Assembly (NCBI GenBank): GCA_951406725.2
Contig: OX597816.1
Coordinates: 22,196,001-22,260,000 of the forward strand
Direction: 5' to 3'
From: Octopus vulgaris
Taxonomy: Eukaryota
Length of the DNA: 64,000 nucleotides
In this document: piece by piece, positions 40,036-53,107 of the stretch
Position numbering within the stretch: the first letter of the stretch is position 1
Layout: each line of letters starts with the position of its first letter
Program-made: the position numbers and the translations under genes
Notes under the pieces: model-generated
What the model saw: the letters and a program-made list of their open reading frames with translations, nothing else
Told to the model about the DNA's origin: nothing
Database searches by the model: none

Positions 40036-41149
40036 CTGAACTGGATCGTATTCCCTTAAACACATGTTGGGTTCTGTCCTTGTTTTTCCCCTCTATGTTT
40101 ATCCCCCTCTAGGCCATAAAGAAATAAATATGTCACACTTACGCCGCATCAGAGATTCAGTGGAATATCGGATCGTTGATTATTAATTGCATTTCTTACC
40201 TATTTTACGGCAGCATCTTGTCAGCATTCGATGTCTGCAGTGTTGTATTATAGAGCTGTCAATATTTAGTTATTCCTATTCAGATTCTGGTGTTTTACAT
40301 GCTGATATATCTCCACTCTCATGAATCCTTGGAAATGGTTTCATTCTTTGTGTGTGTGTGTGTAAAGAAAGAGACGAAGAGAAATAGATAGATAGATAGA
40401 AATATAAGTACATGGGTGGGAATTAAAAGAATAGTGATGATGATCAGGTTAACATATCGTAATAGTACAAAATGGAGAGAAATCGATATAAAATTTTCTT
40501 TAAAGGAAGTAATATACCTGTCCTCTGATATTTGTAAAATGTTAGTTTTGTTTTTAAAATAACCATAAATATTTACGTATTTCGGATGCTTCCAAAATAG
40601 ATGAGAGTATAGAGTATATGCCTCCGAACATTAATATTATGTCAAAAATGCATTTTGTGTTATATAATTCTATTTTCTCTTTCGATACCAAATGTATTAC
40701 CGAGCATGTACCATGTTATTATTTCTTTCTATTATATTTCGCTTGGTTGTGACTTGTTTATGCGCATTTTAGTTGGTTTTAGATATATTTTATTATGTTA
40801 TTCACTTATGTGTATATACTAGGTATTTATGTCGTCTTTTTTTAAATTCTTTTTTATGTATTGGGAATGGTTTTATATCATGCTACCATACAGGCTTGTT
40901 TTGATTTGATTTCTTTTAATGTTTTGTTGTCTTTTTTTAATTCAGTTTTGACGTGTCTGATATATTTAATACCTACCTCACCGTTTCAGTTTGCTTTGAA
41001 ACTATATAATATACAGAAAATATTACCTATGTTTACGACAGAAAATATGCATCAAGATATTTGTCGCACTTTTCTCTGTGTACGTATAGCATTTCACTAT
41101 CATCAGCATTCGAAATATTCACTGTCAATAAATGGGAATCTCAAATCAT

Positions 41150-41850
41150 TACGCTGAAAGGTGTTTCGTTCCGAAAGCACTGAAATATCGATAAATCGAC
41201 AAAAACTATATTTCTTTCCTCTTATAGCATTTTCAGATTTGATGGATTTTATTCCCCTATCAGCGTGGCTGGGCTCTGGGAGTTCCAAGCATCCAGATAT
41301 AATGTCGTTGATGTTTTCTTATTTTTCATAGTTTTCATATATCCTATATTGTGGATATCCTTCAACCTGTTTGAATCGATTGTGGTTATGTAACTCTGGT
41401 CTCCTGCCGCAATTATCAGACCTTTTGTGTCCGTTGTCTTTCGTTGATCTATGTTTCCATCGGGTATCGATTCAGATACTTTACGCATATTAAACCAGTT
41501 AAATCTGTCTATGGTGCACATGTGTCTGATTTACTCCTTTGAAGTATTTTTTTCCTCGTTTTGTGTTGATGATATCTATGTAATATCCACCTCTTGTCTT
41601 GCTTCTTCCTTAATCACGTTTACCTGTATATTTGTGACGCGAAGGAACGGCACTTCTGTTTTTATCAGGTATGCTTATAGTAGTAGTCTTGAAGGTTCTA
41701 AGATGTCAGCTAAACCTTATTCTCCCAAACATCTTCTAAGTTGCAATGTGAGCATATCTCCTTTCAAGTGTTTCATCTTCTCTAAGGTCAAATTTTTTCA
41801 TGGCTTGCTTTCCAAACACTTGAATTATTCAGTGTCTATTGGATGAGAAT
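41150..41850 (-). pseudogene. Decayed R4/Dong-type LINE fragment
   Basis: DTKGLIIAAGDQS (cf. ETEGLIIAAQDQ) motif; otherwise degraded. Confidence 0.5.
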
Positions 41851-41997
41851 GGAGTTACAAGTTACAACAAGCATTTCGATTGCTTTAATTAGAAATAACA
41901 TTATTAATCGCCTTCAGAGATACTGGTGCTGAAACACAATTAATCATCATTGTTTACTCATTAAGATGCGATCAATGGTTGCAGCTATAACCGTCGC

Positions 41998-42134
41998 GTG
42001 GTGAAAGAGTACAGCAGGATTCATCCACCGCCTCCCTGCCGGAGCGTTGTGGAGCTTTAGATGTTCTTGCTCAATAAACACTCACAATGCACAGTCTGGG
42101 AATCGAAACCGCGATCCTACGACCGTGAGTCCAC
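41998..42134 (-). mobile_element. SINE family B fragment
   Basis: GGGAATCGAAACCGCGATCCTACGACC is shared with the full copies. Confidence 0.8.
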
Positions 42135-42583
42135 AGAAACCGTGTAGTAGTTATTAAATGTCTGACACGTCCACGTCCAAACTCTCTCGGGAACCCGCAG
42201 CCGTTAGGGCTTATCGTTCGTGAAATATCTTTAAACATTGTCTCGCATTTTGTTTATAACTTCGTCATACATATAAAATATTTCTGCAATTCTTCGAAAT
42301 GTGGCAACTCCCTGTAGAATTTTAAATTGTGAAACGCAATAGTGAACAACACTAATAATGATATCTCCTAAAATTATTCCATTTTATTGTTATGTCGTAT
42401 AACACCGTTGATATTTCGCGTGCTGCGTTTAATTAATATTTTGTCATTTCACTTTCAGGCATCATTTAAATACTTGCGATGATTTATACATCAAAATCCA
42501 CTCAACGACTCATAAATGTTGTAAAGACACATGCCCGAAAACCATCAATAACTGGTAATACATTATTATTATTATTGTTATGT

Positions 42584-42868
42584 GAGGACGCTTGACCTAA
42601 TTGTTAGGATGTTGCATCCACAATCACGAGATTGGAGTTCCAATACATAGACCGGGTGGTATGTTGTGTTCTTGAACAAGACACTTCATCTTATGTTGCT
42701 CTGTTATCACTTCGATATATCACGTGTAATGAACCATGTACCTATTCAGACAAGGTCGATTTGATAGAGATAGTGAGCTAATGTTCTGTACATACATATG
42801 ATCAATATAAAAAATCATTTGTGCACGTCTTTCGGCAAAAGCTGAATGCGCATACGTCGTCTTCATCA
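42584..42868 (+). mobile_element. Old tRNA-derived SINE
   Basis: Degenerate A/B boxes and the TTGTGTTCTTGAACAAGACAC core shared with 1389-1729. The tail resembles ~38800-38985. Confidence 0.6.
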
Positions 42869-43196
42869 AGAGTCCATCATCATTATTATTATTATTGACT
42901 GAGGTTTTGTTGGAAATCCTGGAGTCATACATGCGCAGCGGGCTTGCTCTCTGCAGCCTACGGTACCATTCTATGTTGTGTTCAAACAGCTAATAATTTT
43001 CCGATAATTCTAGCCGTGTCAAGAAGATAACCCTTTTATAACAGCTCTACTGGGTTTTCTATTTCGATTTCCTATATATTCTCCTTGATATTTTCTGACT
43101 CTCTTCCCCAAAGATTTAACGACATTTGGCACTATTTTCACATTCATTTCCAATATTTGATTATATTCTTCTTCTTCCGATTATTTTTCCTATTAT

Positions 43197-43595
43197 AAGG
43201 CGGCGAGCTGGCAGAAACGTGAGCACGCCGGGCAAATGCGTAGCCGTATTTCGTCCGCTGTTACGTTCTCAGTTCAAATTCCGCCGAGGTCGACTTTGCC
43301 TTTTATCCTTTTGAGGTCGATAAGTTAAGTACCAGTTACGCACTGGGGTGGATGTAATCGAATTAATCCGTTTTTCTGTCCTTGTTTGTCCCCTGTGTGT
43401 TTAGCCCCTTGTGGGTAGTAAAGAAATAGGCATTTCGTCAGTCTTTACATACTGAGTTCAAATTCCACCGAAGTCGACTTTGCCTTTCATCCTTTTGGCG
43501 TCGATAAATTAAGTACCAGTTGCATACGGTGTTCGATCTAATCGCGTGGCCCCTCCCCACAGGTTTCGGACATTGTGCATAGAGTACAAAAGATT
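43197..43595 (+). mobile_element. SINE family C dimer
   Basis: Head, body, then a second body beginning GGCATTTCGTC at ~43430. Confidence 0.85.
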
Positions 43596-44299
43596 ATTAT
43601 TGTTAATGCCGTTATCAACTGAGGTGGTGCACTAACAGAATACCTAGCGTGTCAGAGTACATGCTTAGCGCTATTTCTTCCGAGGCTCAATATTCCCCAT
43701 TCAAATACTGCCAAGGTCAACCTTGCATTTCATTCTTTGTGGATCGATAAAAATTATCAGCCAAATTATCTCCCCATTCCACAACACTGCCAGCTATGTC
43801 CCAAAATTGTAAATAACCATTATTATTGAGTGAGAGAGCAGTTCATGCCATCAAAGTGAAACTGGGTGTAAAGTATACGAAGCCCAGTATACCCATCATG
43901 ACTACCTGTCTGATAAGGGTACACTAAGGACATTCAATACAACCATATGTGCGCAACATGGTGATCTCATATCAAGATAAACAGCACATGACCTTGCAGG
44001 TGGGGCCCAGTTAGAATTTTCTTCAGTTCGAGTGACCCATCCCACTCAAAATGTTCCTGAACAAGGGTTGTTTAAGGATGCTGAACGAAAAACGCATGTT
44101 TCCAGGGGTGAATTTTTCAAATCCCAAAGAATCTCTCTCAAAACATGGCTATGATGCTCCCCCACTACTTCTGCTCGTGAACAGAAATTTCAAGATTATA
44201 ATTGGAAAAAATGAAAAAGAAGGAAAAATGCTACTGAAGACATTCAAATCCTTACATAGTCAATAAACAATACTTCTTGCATTTCGGTGGCTGTTATGT

Positions 44300-45285
44300 T
44301 GAAAACTGTTGCTTTAAACCCAACATAAAATTTATGTCAATAACGTTCAATGACTAGCCTTGAATTTTTAGGCACAAAAGATTTCTGGAGGCAGAATTGT
44401 GACAGATATTTTGCAATCACGTCATCCCACATTTACCTCCACTACCGCTTCGATCATTCACATCATATAATTACATCAAACCTGAAAGTGCAATTTATGA
44501 GGATAAAACGAATTTGTACTAGTATAGGGGATTACTGTAAACAAGCCAATGCTTCTGTACACTATTATGTCAAACGTGGTTATAGTAAGTCAAGATTAAA
44601 GAAAATAAGAAATAACACAGCTAAGATTAACAGTCAAATTTTCAAGCATAATTTTAAAAAAGTACAATATCTGACAGAATTCCTCTAGTGATTAACTGGC
44701 ACCAAAATTTCGGTGCAGGAAAATATCTTCGTTTCAGACAAATATTTCCTCAGCCGCCTATTGTAGCCTTTAGACAGAATAAAAATATAAGAGAACTATT
44801 AATCTCTACTTCAGACTCCAAGAAAACCGATATTGGAGTTTCTACACGAGAGAGGTAAGCCCTGTTTATTGAGCAACATGAGTCAAGTGAATTCCATCAG
44901 GAATCATAACAGAAATGTTATGATTTCTACAGAAGGTGGGACGTGTTGAGATTCCCATTTGGTGTAGCAGCAGAATGCACCAAACACAATTTATATAGGT
45001 TGTACAACGGAACAATTAAACAAAATATTCAATGGCCACAGATATGACGTCAGGCACAATAACAGTAGCTTGAAAGAACTTGCCGAACATTTTGCATTAA
45101 ACGGCTGCAATTTTGAACAAGACTTGATACTGCATATTCTCAGAAAATATTCTGAATTTTCTACATTTTCAGTACTCAAAATGCACGAGGGGAAATATGT
45201 TTGCGGGTTATTAACATCATGCCCTAGAGGAATGAATAAAATGACAGGAGAATTTCATCATATTTACACAAAACTGTTTGATTAA
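44300..45285 (+). pseudogene. PLE (probably Neptune-type) thumb, linker and GIY-YIG, decayed
   Basis: HIYLHYRFDHSHH..QFMRIKRICT..KRGYSKSRL; PPIVAFRQNKNIRELLIS; AAECTKHNL/YIGCTTEQLNKIFNGHRYDV..LAEHF..HEGKYVCGLLTSCPRGMN. Confidence 0.82.
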
Positions 45286-46357
45286 AGATTCTTTTTCCTT
45301 TTCTTTCCATTTTTCTCATTTTCTTCTTTCTTTTTCTTTTTGCTAGTTGTAAACTTGAAATTTGAACACTGATGATGTCATTCCATCAACCTGGCGTCAC
45401 TAGTTACTCTCATTCATATTTCGCATTTGAATTTCTGTAATTTTGAATTTTTATCACTTTGCATTTTGAACTCTACAAAGACAAGCTAGCTGTCGAAATA
45501 TCATTCAACCAATAAATTTCTATTGCAATTATATCGCACCCTTCGTATTGTTTATTATAATAATAATAATAATTATTATTATTATTATTATTATTATTAC
45601 CCTCTTCCTTTCCTTGATATCAACGGCATTCTCACAAGGTATTGCAAAATCTATGATCTACCTTGTTTTTGTTTTCTTCAATCATATCTGTCATTCAAAT
45701 CTCTAATCTGCTCAATCATTACGGAGAAATCCCATTAAATTATGTGACTATATTTCATTACACCATATGACTCATTTTCATAGTAGTTCTCTGTCACGTT
45801 CAGTTGACAGACTCGTATACTCTTTATATTTTATGGTAGCATTCAGTTAAGAGACGGATAATACTTTCCTTTTTTTCCAGATTTTGTATTTACTCTGAGT
45901 TTTATCAGTGGTTGCCTTTTATCAATTTCATCTTAATGCCATGTTCTTGAGCTTCTATAATTAGCATTTCAGTTTCCCATTCCAGGCTGTTGTTGTTATT
46001 GTTGTTATGATCTGACAGAATCGTTTGAGCGTTAGAAAAATGGTTCCTGCTATTTGATCAGTCCCTTTGTGTTCTGAGTTCAGATCATGCCGAGGTCAAC
46101 ATCGCTTTCATTTCTCCAGCTTACACAAAATAAAGGTCACGTGCTAAGATCGATGATATTGAATAATCTCCTCCTTTCATAATTGCTGGCCTTGTTATGA
46201 AAAAAGAAAAATAATCAACGCCATCATCGAAGTCGTAGTTGAGGTTGTCATCATCATTATCAGCATCGACAGGACGTTACATTTCGCTTGTGTGATTTCG
46301 ACAAATTATAGGATTAGACGCTAAGCTGAACAGAAATTTTATGTGAACTGTGTGTTG

Positions 46358-46404
<47 letters not shown>

Positions 46405-46770
46405 AGAATTTGACTAAGAGAAAGAGTGAGTGAGAGATAAGCCGGTTTTATCGTTCATTTTTTTTTTTCAATCTTGCATACAAAAATTAAAAGTTTAAAA
46501 TTCGACCAACAAATTTTTCTGCTGTTAAAAATTTCAACCATGGTGACTAAAATTGTACACGCCCCTGGAACTACAAAAAGAAACACAGAGAAATAAATTT
46601 AATTCGCGTAAACAAAATAACACGTAGTGATTTGCTTTTAAAAAATTGCGAGAAATTCAATTTTCACAGCGATCTACATTTCATAACATGGCAAACAAAA
46701 TCAGTGTCAGCCAAAATTCTATGGAAGAATATAACAGCAGTAATTTATTGTTTTTGCTTCTGATGCTGGT

Positions 46771-47140
46771 TTGTATGTTGAGCGAAGCGGTCTTCGTCCC
46801 AGAGTGGGAGAGGTCCGAAACGTGGTCCTTTGCTATTCGTAAGACCCGCAGAAGAGAAAGCAGGTCAACTCCTGACACCGAGAGCATCGACGGATGGATG
46901 AATGTGCATCCAGGCTCAGCGGTTGCGTAGGAAGTCGGGGATAAGAAACAGGAAGAAAGAGTGAGAGAAAGTTGGAGCGAAAGAGTTCAACAGGGGTCGC
47001 CCCCCCCCCCCTGCCGGAGCCACATTGAGCTTTATGTGTTTCCGCTCAATAAACACACACAGCGCCCGGTCTGGGAATCGAAACCGCGATCCTACGACCG
47101 TGAGTCCGCTGCCCTAACCCCTGGGCCATTGCGCCTCCAC
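46771..47140 (-). mobile_element. SINE sharing the family B head but with a different 3' half
   Basis: 46945-47140 matches family B; 46771-46945 is unrelated. Imperfect TSD TGCTTCTG[A/C]TGCTGGT. Confidence 0.85.
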
Positions 47141-48464
47141 TGCTTCTGCTGCTGGTGTCAAGGACAATTTGAATATGACACAGCTAATATATGTAATCAA
47201 ATGAAATTATTTCCCGAGAACTTATTCAAATTTACATTGCAGGGTTTAGTAAATAAATTACAGTGTGTATATAAGTATCTTCAATTGGGGTGCAAAGAAC
47301 AATTCCCGAAACCCCTAATCCGCTACATAAAATAATGCAGTTTCTATGAACAGCTTTAGAAAATACGGGAGCATCGACTTGGTCGTTAATAATGAGACGA
47401 TGATAAGGCATCAGTAGTTGCGTCAGACGTTTGAACTCAGAAGCTGTGTTAGCAATAGAATAAAAGATGACAGTGTATTCTTATTGACACATTTACAGTA
47501 CAATATGAGTGAAGAGCTAGTGTGAGGCCAAGGGAAAGTTATATGTTCTCAAAACAAGTTAGCATGGGTTTTCAAGTTGTGATTTCTGAAGAGCATCTTA
47601 GTTTCGCGGCTCTTCGTATATTTCAAACCAAACGAAACTGAAGTAATTATGCATGGCAGAAGCATTGTACCTGTGGTACTAGAAGGGATTATACAGCTAG
47701 GACTTGATAAAAGAGAAAGAGAGGTAAGTGGCGGAAACAAACACACAATAGAGTACATCATAATGTCAGAGGTTAGTGTACGATTGTGTGTGAATTTGTT
47801 AGTTAGTGGAACAGACTTTCTCTTCTGTTTGTAGTATTGTACGTCTGATATCATAAGAAGTAACTCTCGGTGGGAGAAACGAATGATAAATACCAGAAAC
47901 AGCGGAGATGTGCACAAATCCATATCTGCTATAAAGTAATGATCTTTTATGTTTTTTGTTTAAAATCTAGTTTGATTTCACTTTTGATAGTTTCAGGTAC
48001 AATTCAAAAATTACGAGCAATTTTAGAGCAGCCATCTCTAAAATTTACTACTATAAAATATCTGATATTCTTCCGAAATTAGAAATTGTTTAACTGTGGC
48101 GAAGAGGTGGTAGTCAATAGCAGTGTTGATAGGTCAGTGCAAAGTGCATTGCAGAAATTTGCCATTTTCAATCCCTCATTTCTTTCCTGTTCAAACCAAG
48201 TGAAGCGGAGGCTTATCGTGGCTCAACTGACGGAAATGTTGAGGCCAATAATAATTTTAACAGAAAATTCTTTTTAAAGATCGTGTCAATTGCACCCACG
48301 AATTCTGTCTGCAGCAAATACACGTGGTTTTTGTATAAAGGTGTCCTAAACTAATTTGAAAATTAGGATCTAAGTCCGCCGGAAATGTACATAGTATTGA
48401 TGAATATATAGTAAATGAAGAATACAAATTAATTCCTGACACTTCCACATATATTCATATATAA

Positions 48465-48868
48465 GTATTCTTTTCTACACTAGACACAAGGCCCGGGATT
48501 CGGGGGAGGAATACAGACGATTAGATCGACCCCAGTACGCAACTGGTACTTATCAACCCCGAAAGGATAAAAGGCAAAGTCGATTTCGGCGGAATTTGAA
48601 CTCCGAAATACATAATACAGTCGAAATGCCGGTAAGCATTTACCCGGCGTGCTAACGTTTCTGCCAGCTCGCCGCCTTCTTTATACTCTTTTCTACTCTA
48701 GGCACAAGGTCCGAAACTTTTGGGGAGAGGGGCCAGTCGATTCGCAACTGGTACTTAATTTATTGACCCCGAAAGGAGGAAAAGCAAAGTCGACCACAGC
48801 GGAAATTTAATTAAGAACGTAAAGCATTTTGCCCGACATACTAACGTTTCTGCCAGCTAGCCAGCTTC
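48465..48868 (-). mobile_element. Two tandem SINE family C copies
   Basis: Heads at ~48678 and ~48868 (CTGCCAGCTCGCCGCCTT). Confidence 0.82.
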
Positions 48869-50270
48869 TTAATATATACGTATTGACATAGCTGTGTATT
48901 TAAGATTTTCAGATTGTAAGGCCGTGGTTTCGGGTTTAGTCTCACTGCGTAGCGTCTTGGGTAAGTGTTCTTTTACTATCGACATTAGGCAAGCAACGTC
49001 TTTTTCGGTAGGCGGAATCTATGTAGAAGTCCGTCATAAAGTTGTAAATGTGTGTTTGTTTATTTTTGTCCAAAGACTGAAAACACGTTATTTACTTTTC
49101 TCTTAGACGTTTGGCAGAGAATTCTGTAGAATAAGTAGCAGAACAAATAAAAGAATAAGAAAAAGCATAATTTGATGTTGATAGTAATAATAACGTGATA
49201 GTACTGTCACCTTAGTAGAACCGACTCTAAGATATGAAAGCATTCTTTCTGGAATGAAAACTTTTGTAGTGTTTCTCTGAGCAAGTGAGTTACGTGATAT
49301 TTGGCGAAGATTGTCGCATATAGTTTATAGTGAGATGTTTAAAAATAGTTAAGTTCTGTGAGTATGTAGCGTTAGAAAAGTGTATGTTTTGCAGAGACAT
49401 TTGAATTGATTACAAATGATTCACAGTAAATATACTGCAGTTCATACTTAGTGGAGATAATGTGCTGAATTTTTTTTTTTAACACAAACATGGCGATTTA
49501 TTCTCTAAGGTATGTATTCTATTGTCAGGGAGTTTCAAGTACTAATTAGAAACATTACCAATTTGTGGTCTTTCATGCGCCAAAACAGGTGCGTATTTTT
49601 AAGCGGATTTCAAGTGTAATGTGTCTGTAAGGAATGTCAAAAATACTTTTTATATAAGTGTGCAGTGGAAACCAATATTAAGTCTTCCTGAGTGCAGATT
49701 GTCGCAGCATCCGACATTACACATTTTGTCTTCTCAAAGCAAGATTAGAAACAGAAGTGGACACATTGCATAAAACGCGCAATAAGTGTTGTAATGTATT
49801 TCATTTATTCTTTATTTTCTTTTGAAAAATGTGTCTCAGTAATAAGTCGTCACAGAGAAAAAATTATCGACACTGCTCCGGACAAATCTGTTAATGCAAA
49901 TATTGTGACGTTACACACGAGGTACAATTTAAATTATTAGAAGAGTAATATATTTCTTAGGAAGTAAAGTGTTAAGCCGTGTCATAACCAAGTGCCCATT
50001 GGTTTCCCAGCATTTATAAAGCACTTAGCAGTATAGGTGCGAAACCAAACCAATGGTCAATAACCGGCCATAACATTTAACATACTAATATATATATATA
50101 TTTAAAAGTCTATGAGAATTATTTATTACAATTTTCAAAGTAAAGGTGATTATTGTTTTTAATTATTTTTCAAAAAAATGTTATGAAATCTTATTAATTT
50201 AGGGGAAGAAGTTTTTTTTCTACTGTGTGAAAGCTATCGTTTAACCTTTTCAACACACATATACATATAT

Positions 50271-50339
<69 letters not shown>

Positions 50340-51197
50340 TATTATACACCAAAAAGTATTTCTCCACTCTAAGATAGGAAAATATATTAAACTTGATTAT
50401 TTTTTAACCCAATACGAAAGAAACACATTAAGATACTGGTAACATATCCGAACATCAATTCTGTTCTACTTAAAATTCGTGGTAACAATTCGACCTACCG
50501 TCAAACTTACATTAAAAAAAAGAGACTGTTTCTATCACAGGCTTATAGATATATCACTGTTATCAATGTTACAATGAAGAGACGTAGCAGATCAAACGGA
50601 AACAATGTGTCGAAGATGTATAAAAGCAATCTTAAGTTTCGGATAAAAGGCTGGCAAAACTTGAAATATTAACTACTTTCAGCTACAGAATGATTTAATA
50701 AACGATAAATATGAAATTTAGATAACACTATTTATGACAGGCTCTCATCGTGTATACGTTATCGTGTAAACATCAATTTTAACCAACGTGACCAAAACAA
50801 CTACTGTCTGCTCATTTGCATTGAAAACCCCTGTCCGGAAACCTGTATAAAGATTTATTGATAGCTTAAACACAGACATTTCCAGAGTGACATAATAACT
50901 ACAGTCTCATTTGCATTAGAACATTGTGTCCGAACGCTCACATGAAGATCGACAGATAGCTTTCCTGTCATATTTAACCCATCTTATGAAGGAGAACAAC
51001 AAGAAATTATATAACGCATTAAAACAATGGAAATAGATAATGGAGGAGTTGTTTCTGTCACATTGTTTTTTAATATCTTTAACTTTCTGCTTGACGTGAT
51101 TCAATCAATAAAAAAAACTATGATTAATTTGCTTCTGATGTTTTATTACAGCTTGTATTATTTTAACTAATATATATGTATGTATCTATGTATGTAC

Positions 51198-51235
<38 letters not shown>

Positions 51236-51256
51236 CTGTGTGTACGTATATATATG

Positions 51257-51289
<33 letters not shown>

Positions 51290-51308
51290 GTATCTATGTA
51301 TGTACGTT

Positions 51309-51345
<37 letters not shown>

Positions 51346-51485
51346 ATATATATAATTGAGAAGACTTTGATTGCCATTTCATATGCAATAAATAAAAGAA
51401 ATCAACGTTATTGGACATTAACCGATAAGACTACACGACATTATCGATCGGAATATCGAAACACAGAGAAGGCTTCAAATGAAAG

Positions 51486-51529
<44 letters not shown>

Positions 51530-52550
51530 GTATTTGTGTATACATAACACATATATACACATATATACACATGTAATATATACGTACGTATATATATGTG
51601 TGTCAAATAAAACCTCACAAAAAGTATCTTAATAAATAAAGGAAGAATAGAAACCTCAATTAGTAATTCAATAAATACAAATAAATGCAAACAATTTCAA
51701 TCTTCCTTTCATCATAATTTTTCTTTATTTCTTCCTTAAAAAGGAAAAAGACATTGGTACGGGAAATATCGTGAGTTCAAAGAAGTTTATCAATTTACAG
51801 CTTAAAATGTTTACAAATGACAATTTTCTTTCATAAAAGCGTTTTTTCTGATTCATTTCCCTCATTGTTCTTTCGTTAATTTCATTTCGAACTAATAAAT
51901 ATTTATCGTTTAATTCCTATAAGCAGTACATTTTCCGCATTTGCGATACAGTAGCTTTCACGCCGCCGTAACGTCGCTAGTATTTAAATTATTTGCAGCA
52001 TAATGTTCCGTTAAAACGGATAACTCGATTCTAGGTCATGCTCTGATTTGAGATGAAAACTGGATAAATAATTATGTCTTCAATTAGAAGAAAATTTTAC
52101 CCATACTGTCTCATAGGATTCTATCATGAAGCACTTTCGAAAGTGGCAGTATAATTAATATGCACATGTACATATACATATATTTGTGTGTGTAAACGCT
52201 CATATATACATACGTATATACATATATGAAAATATGTGTAATGTTTATTATATATATAATGTGCAGCTGTCTGTATGTGTGTGTATATATTTCTTTTCTT
52301 TGTTTTATGCTTTTCAGCCCAAAGCCTGTGACCATGTTGTGGCATAGTCAAATCCATACATATATGGATAATATCATAAACTTTAAGTTTCGAAAATGTG
52401 AAGTTATTCATTTTATAAACGTTGAATCTAGAAGCAAATACGGCTATTACTAATAGCGTGTAAATATTATGTTGTTTATGACTATATGTACTCCGAGGTT
52501 CACCGATCCTAAAGAGAGTTTGAGATATATATATATATATATATATATAT

Positions 52551-52983
52551 AATCAAAGTAAGCAACAAGAATATCTTCGGTAATTTGGTACGATCGTTTC
52601 ACGCTACATAGCAATCATCAGCCATTCATAGAGGTTTTCCATCAATACATATACTTCAATAGCCATATGTATGCGTCCTTACTATGTAAGGGGATGTCCT
52701 TTCGCGAACACTCTATATTTACCTTTTCCATCCTTGTTGAGAAGTTAAGTACCAGAAAGCATATATTATGTATGGAATTATAAGTCCAGCAAAATTTAGA
52801 TTCAAATGAATATGGTACTTAAGGACGCATACATATGGCTATTGAAGTATATGTATTGATGGAAAACCTCTATGAATGACTGATCATTGCTATGTAGCAT
52901 GAAACGATCGTACCAAATTACCGAAGATATTCTTGTTGCTTACTTTGATTATAATCACCCCGGGGATTTATATGGATAACACT
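52551..52983. mobile_element. Non-coding PLE pLTR fragment with inverted arm and tail
   Basis: 52551-52680 is the reverse complement of ~52821-52950. A ~32-nt tail follows 52951, and the element is adjacent to (TA)n. Confidence 0.8.
52586..52624 (-). ncRNA. Minimal type-I hammerhead ribozyme with intact core
   Basis: Minus strand UGG-CUGAUGA-UUGCUAUGUAGCGU-GAAACGAUCGUA-CCA. The plus-strand copy (~52877-52915) has CTGATCA. Confidence 0.8.
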
Positions 52984-53107
52984 GTACAAAATCCTGGTGC
53001 ATCTGACTTAAGTAACATATTCATTTGAATCTAAATTTTGCTGAAATTATGATTCCATACATTGTGTATGTTTTCTGGGACTTCTCAACTAGGATGGATT
53101 TAAAAAA

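Noticed and set aside
45365-45510. CTGATGA at ~45369 and GAAA at ~45495 after the PLE ORF as an HHR
   Set aside because: The position is suggestive, but the two motifs do not assemble into one fold. The downstream hairpin-GAAA lacks a recognisable core.
46780-46835. GAAACGTGGTC hammerhead-like 3' half
   Set aside because: There is no CTGANGA or convincing stem I upstream, and it is antisense to the SINE.
51354-51490. Short insert between (TA)n tracts with weak inverted ends
   Set aside because: Too degenerate to classify, and no HHR core is recoverable.
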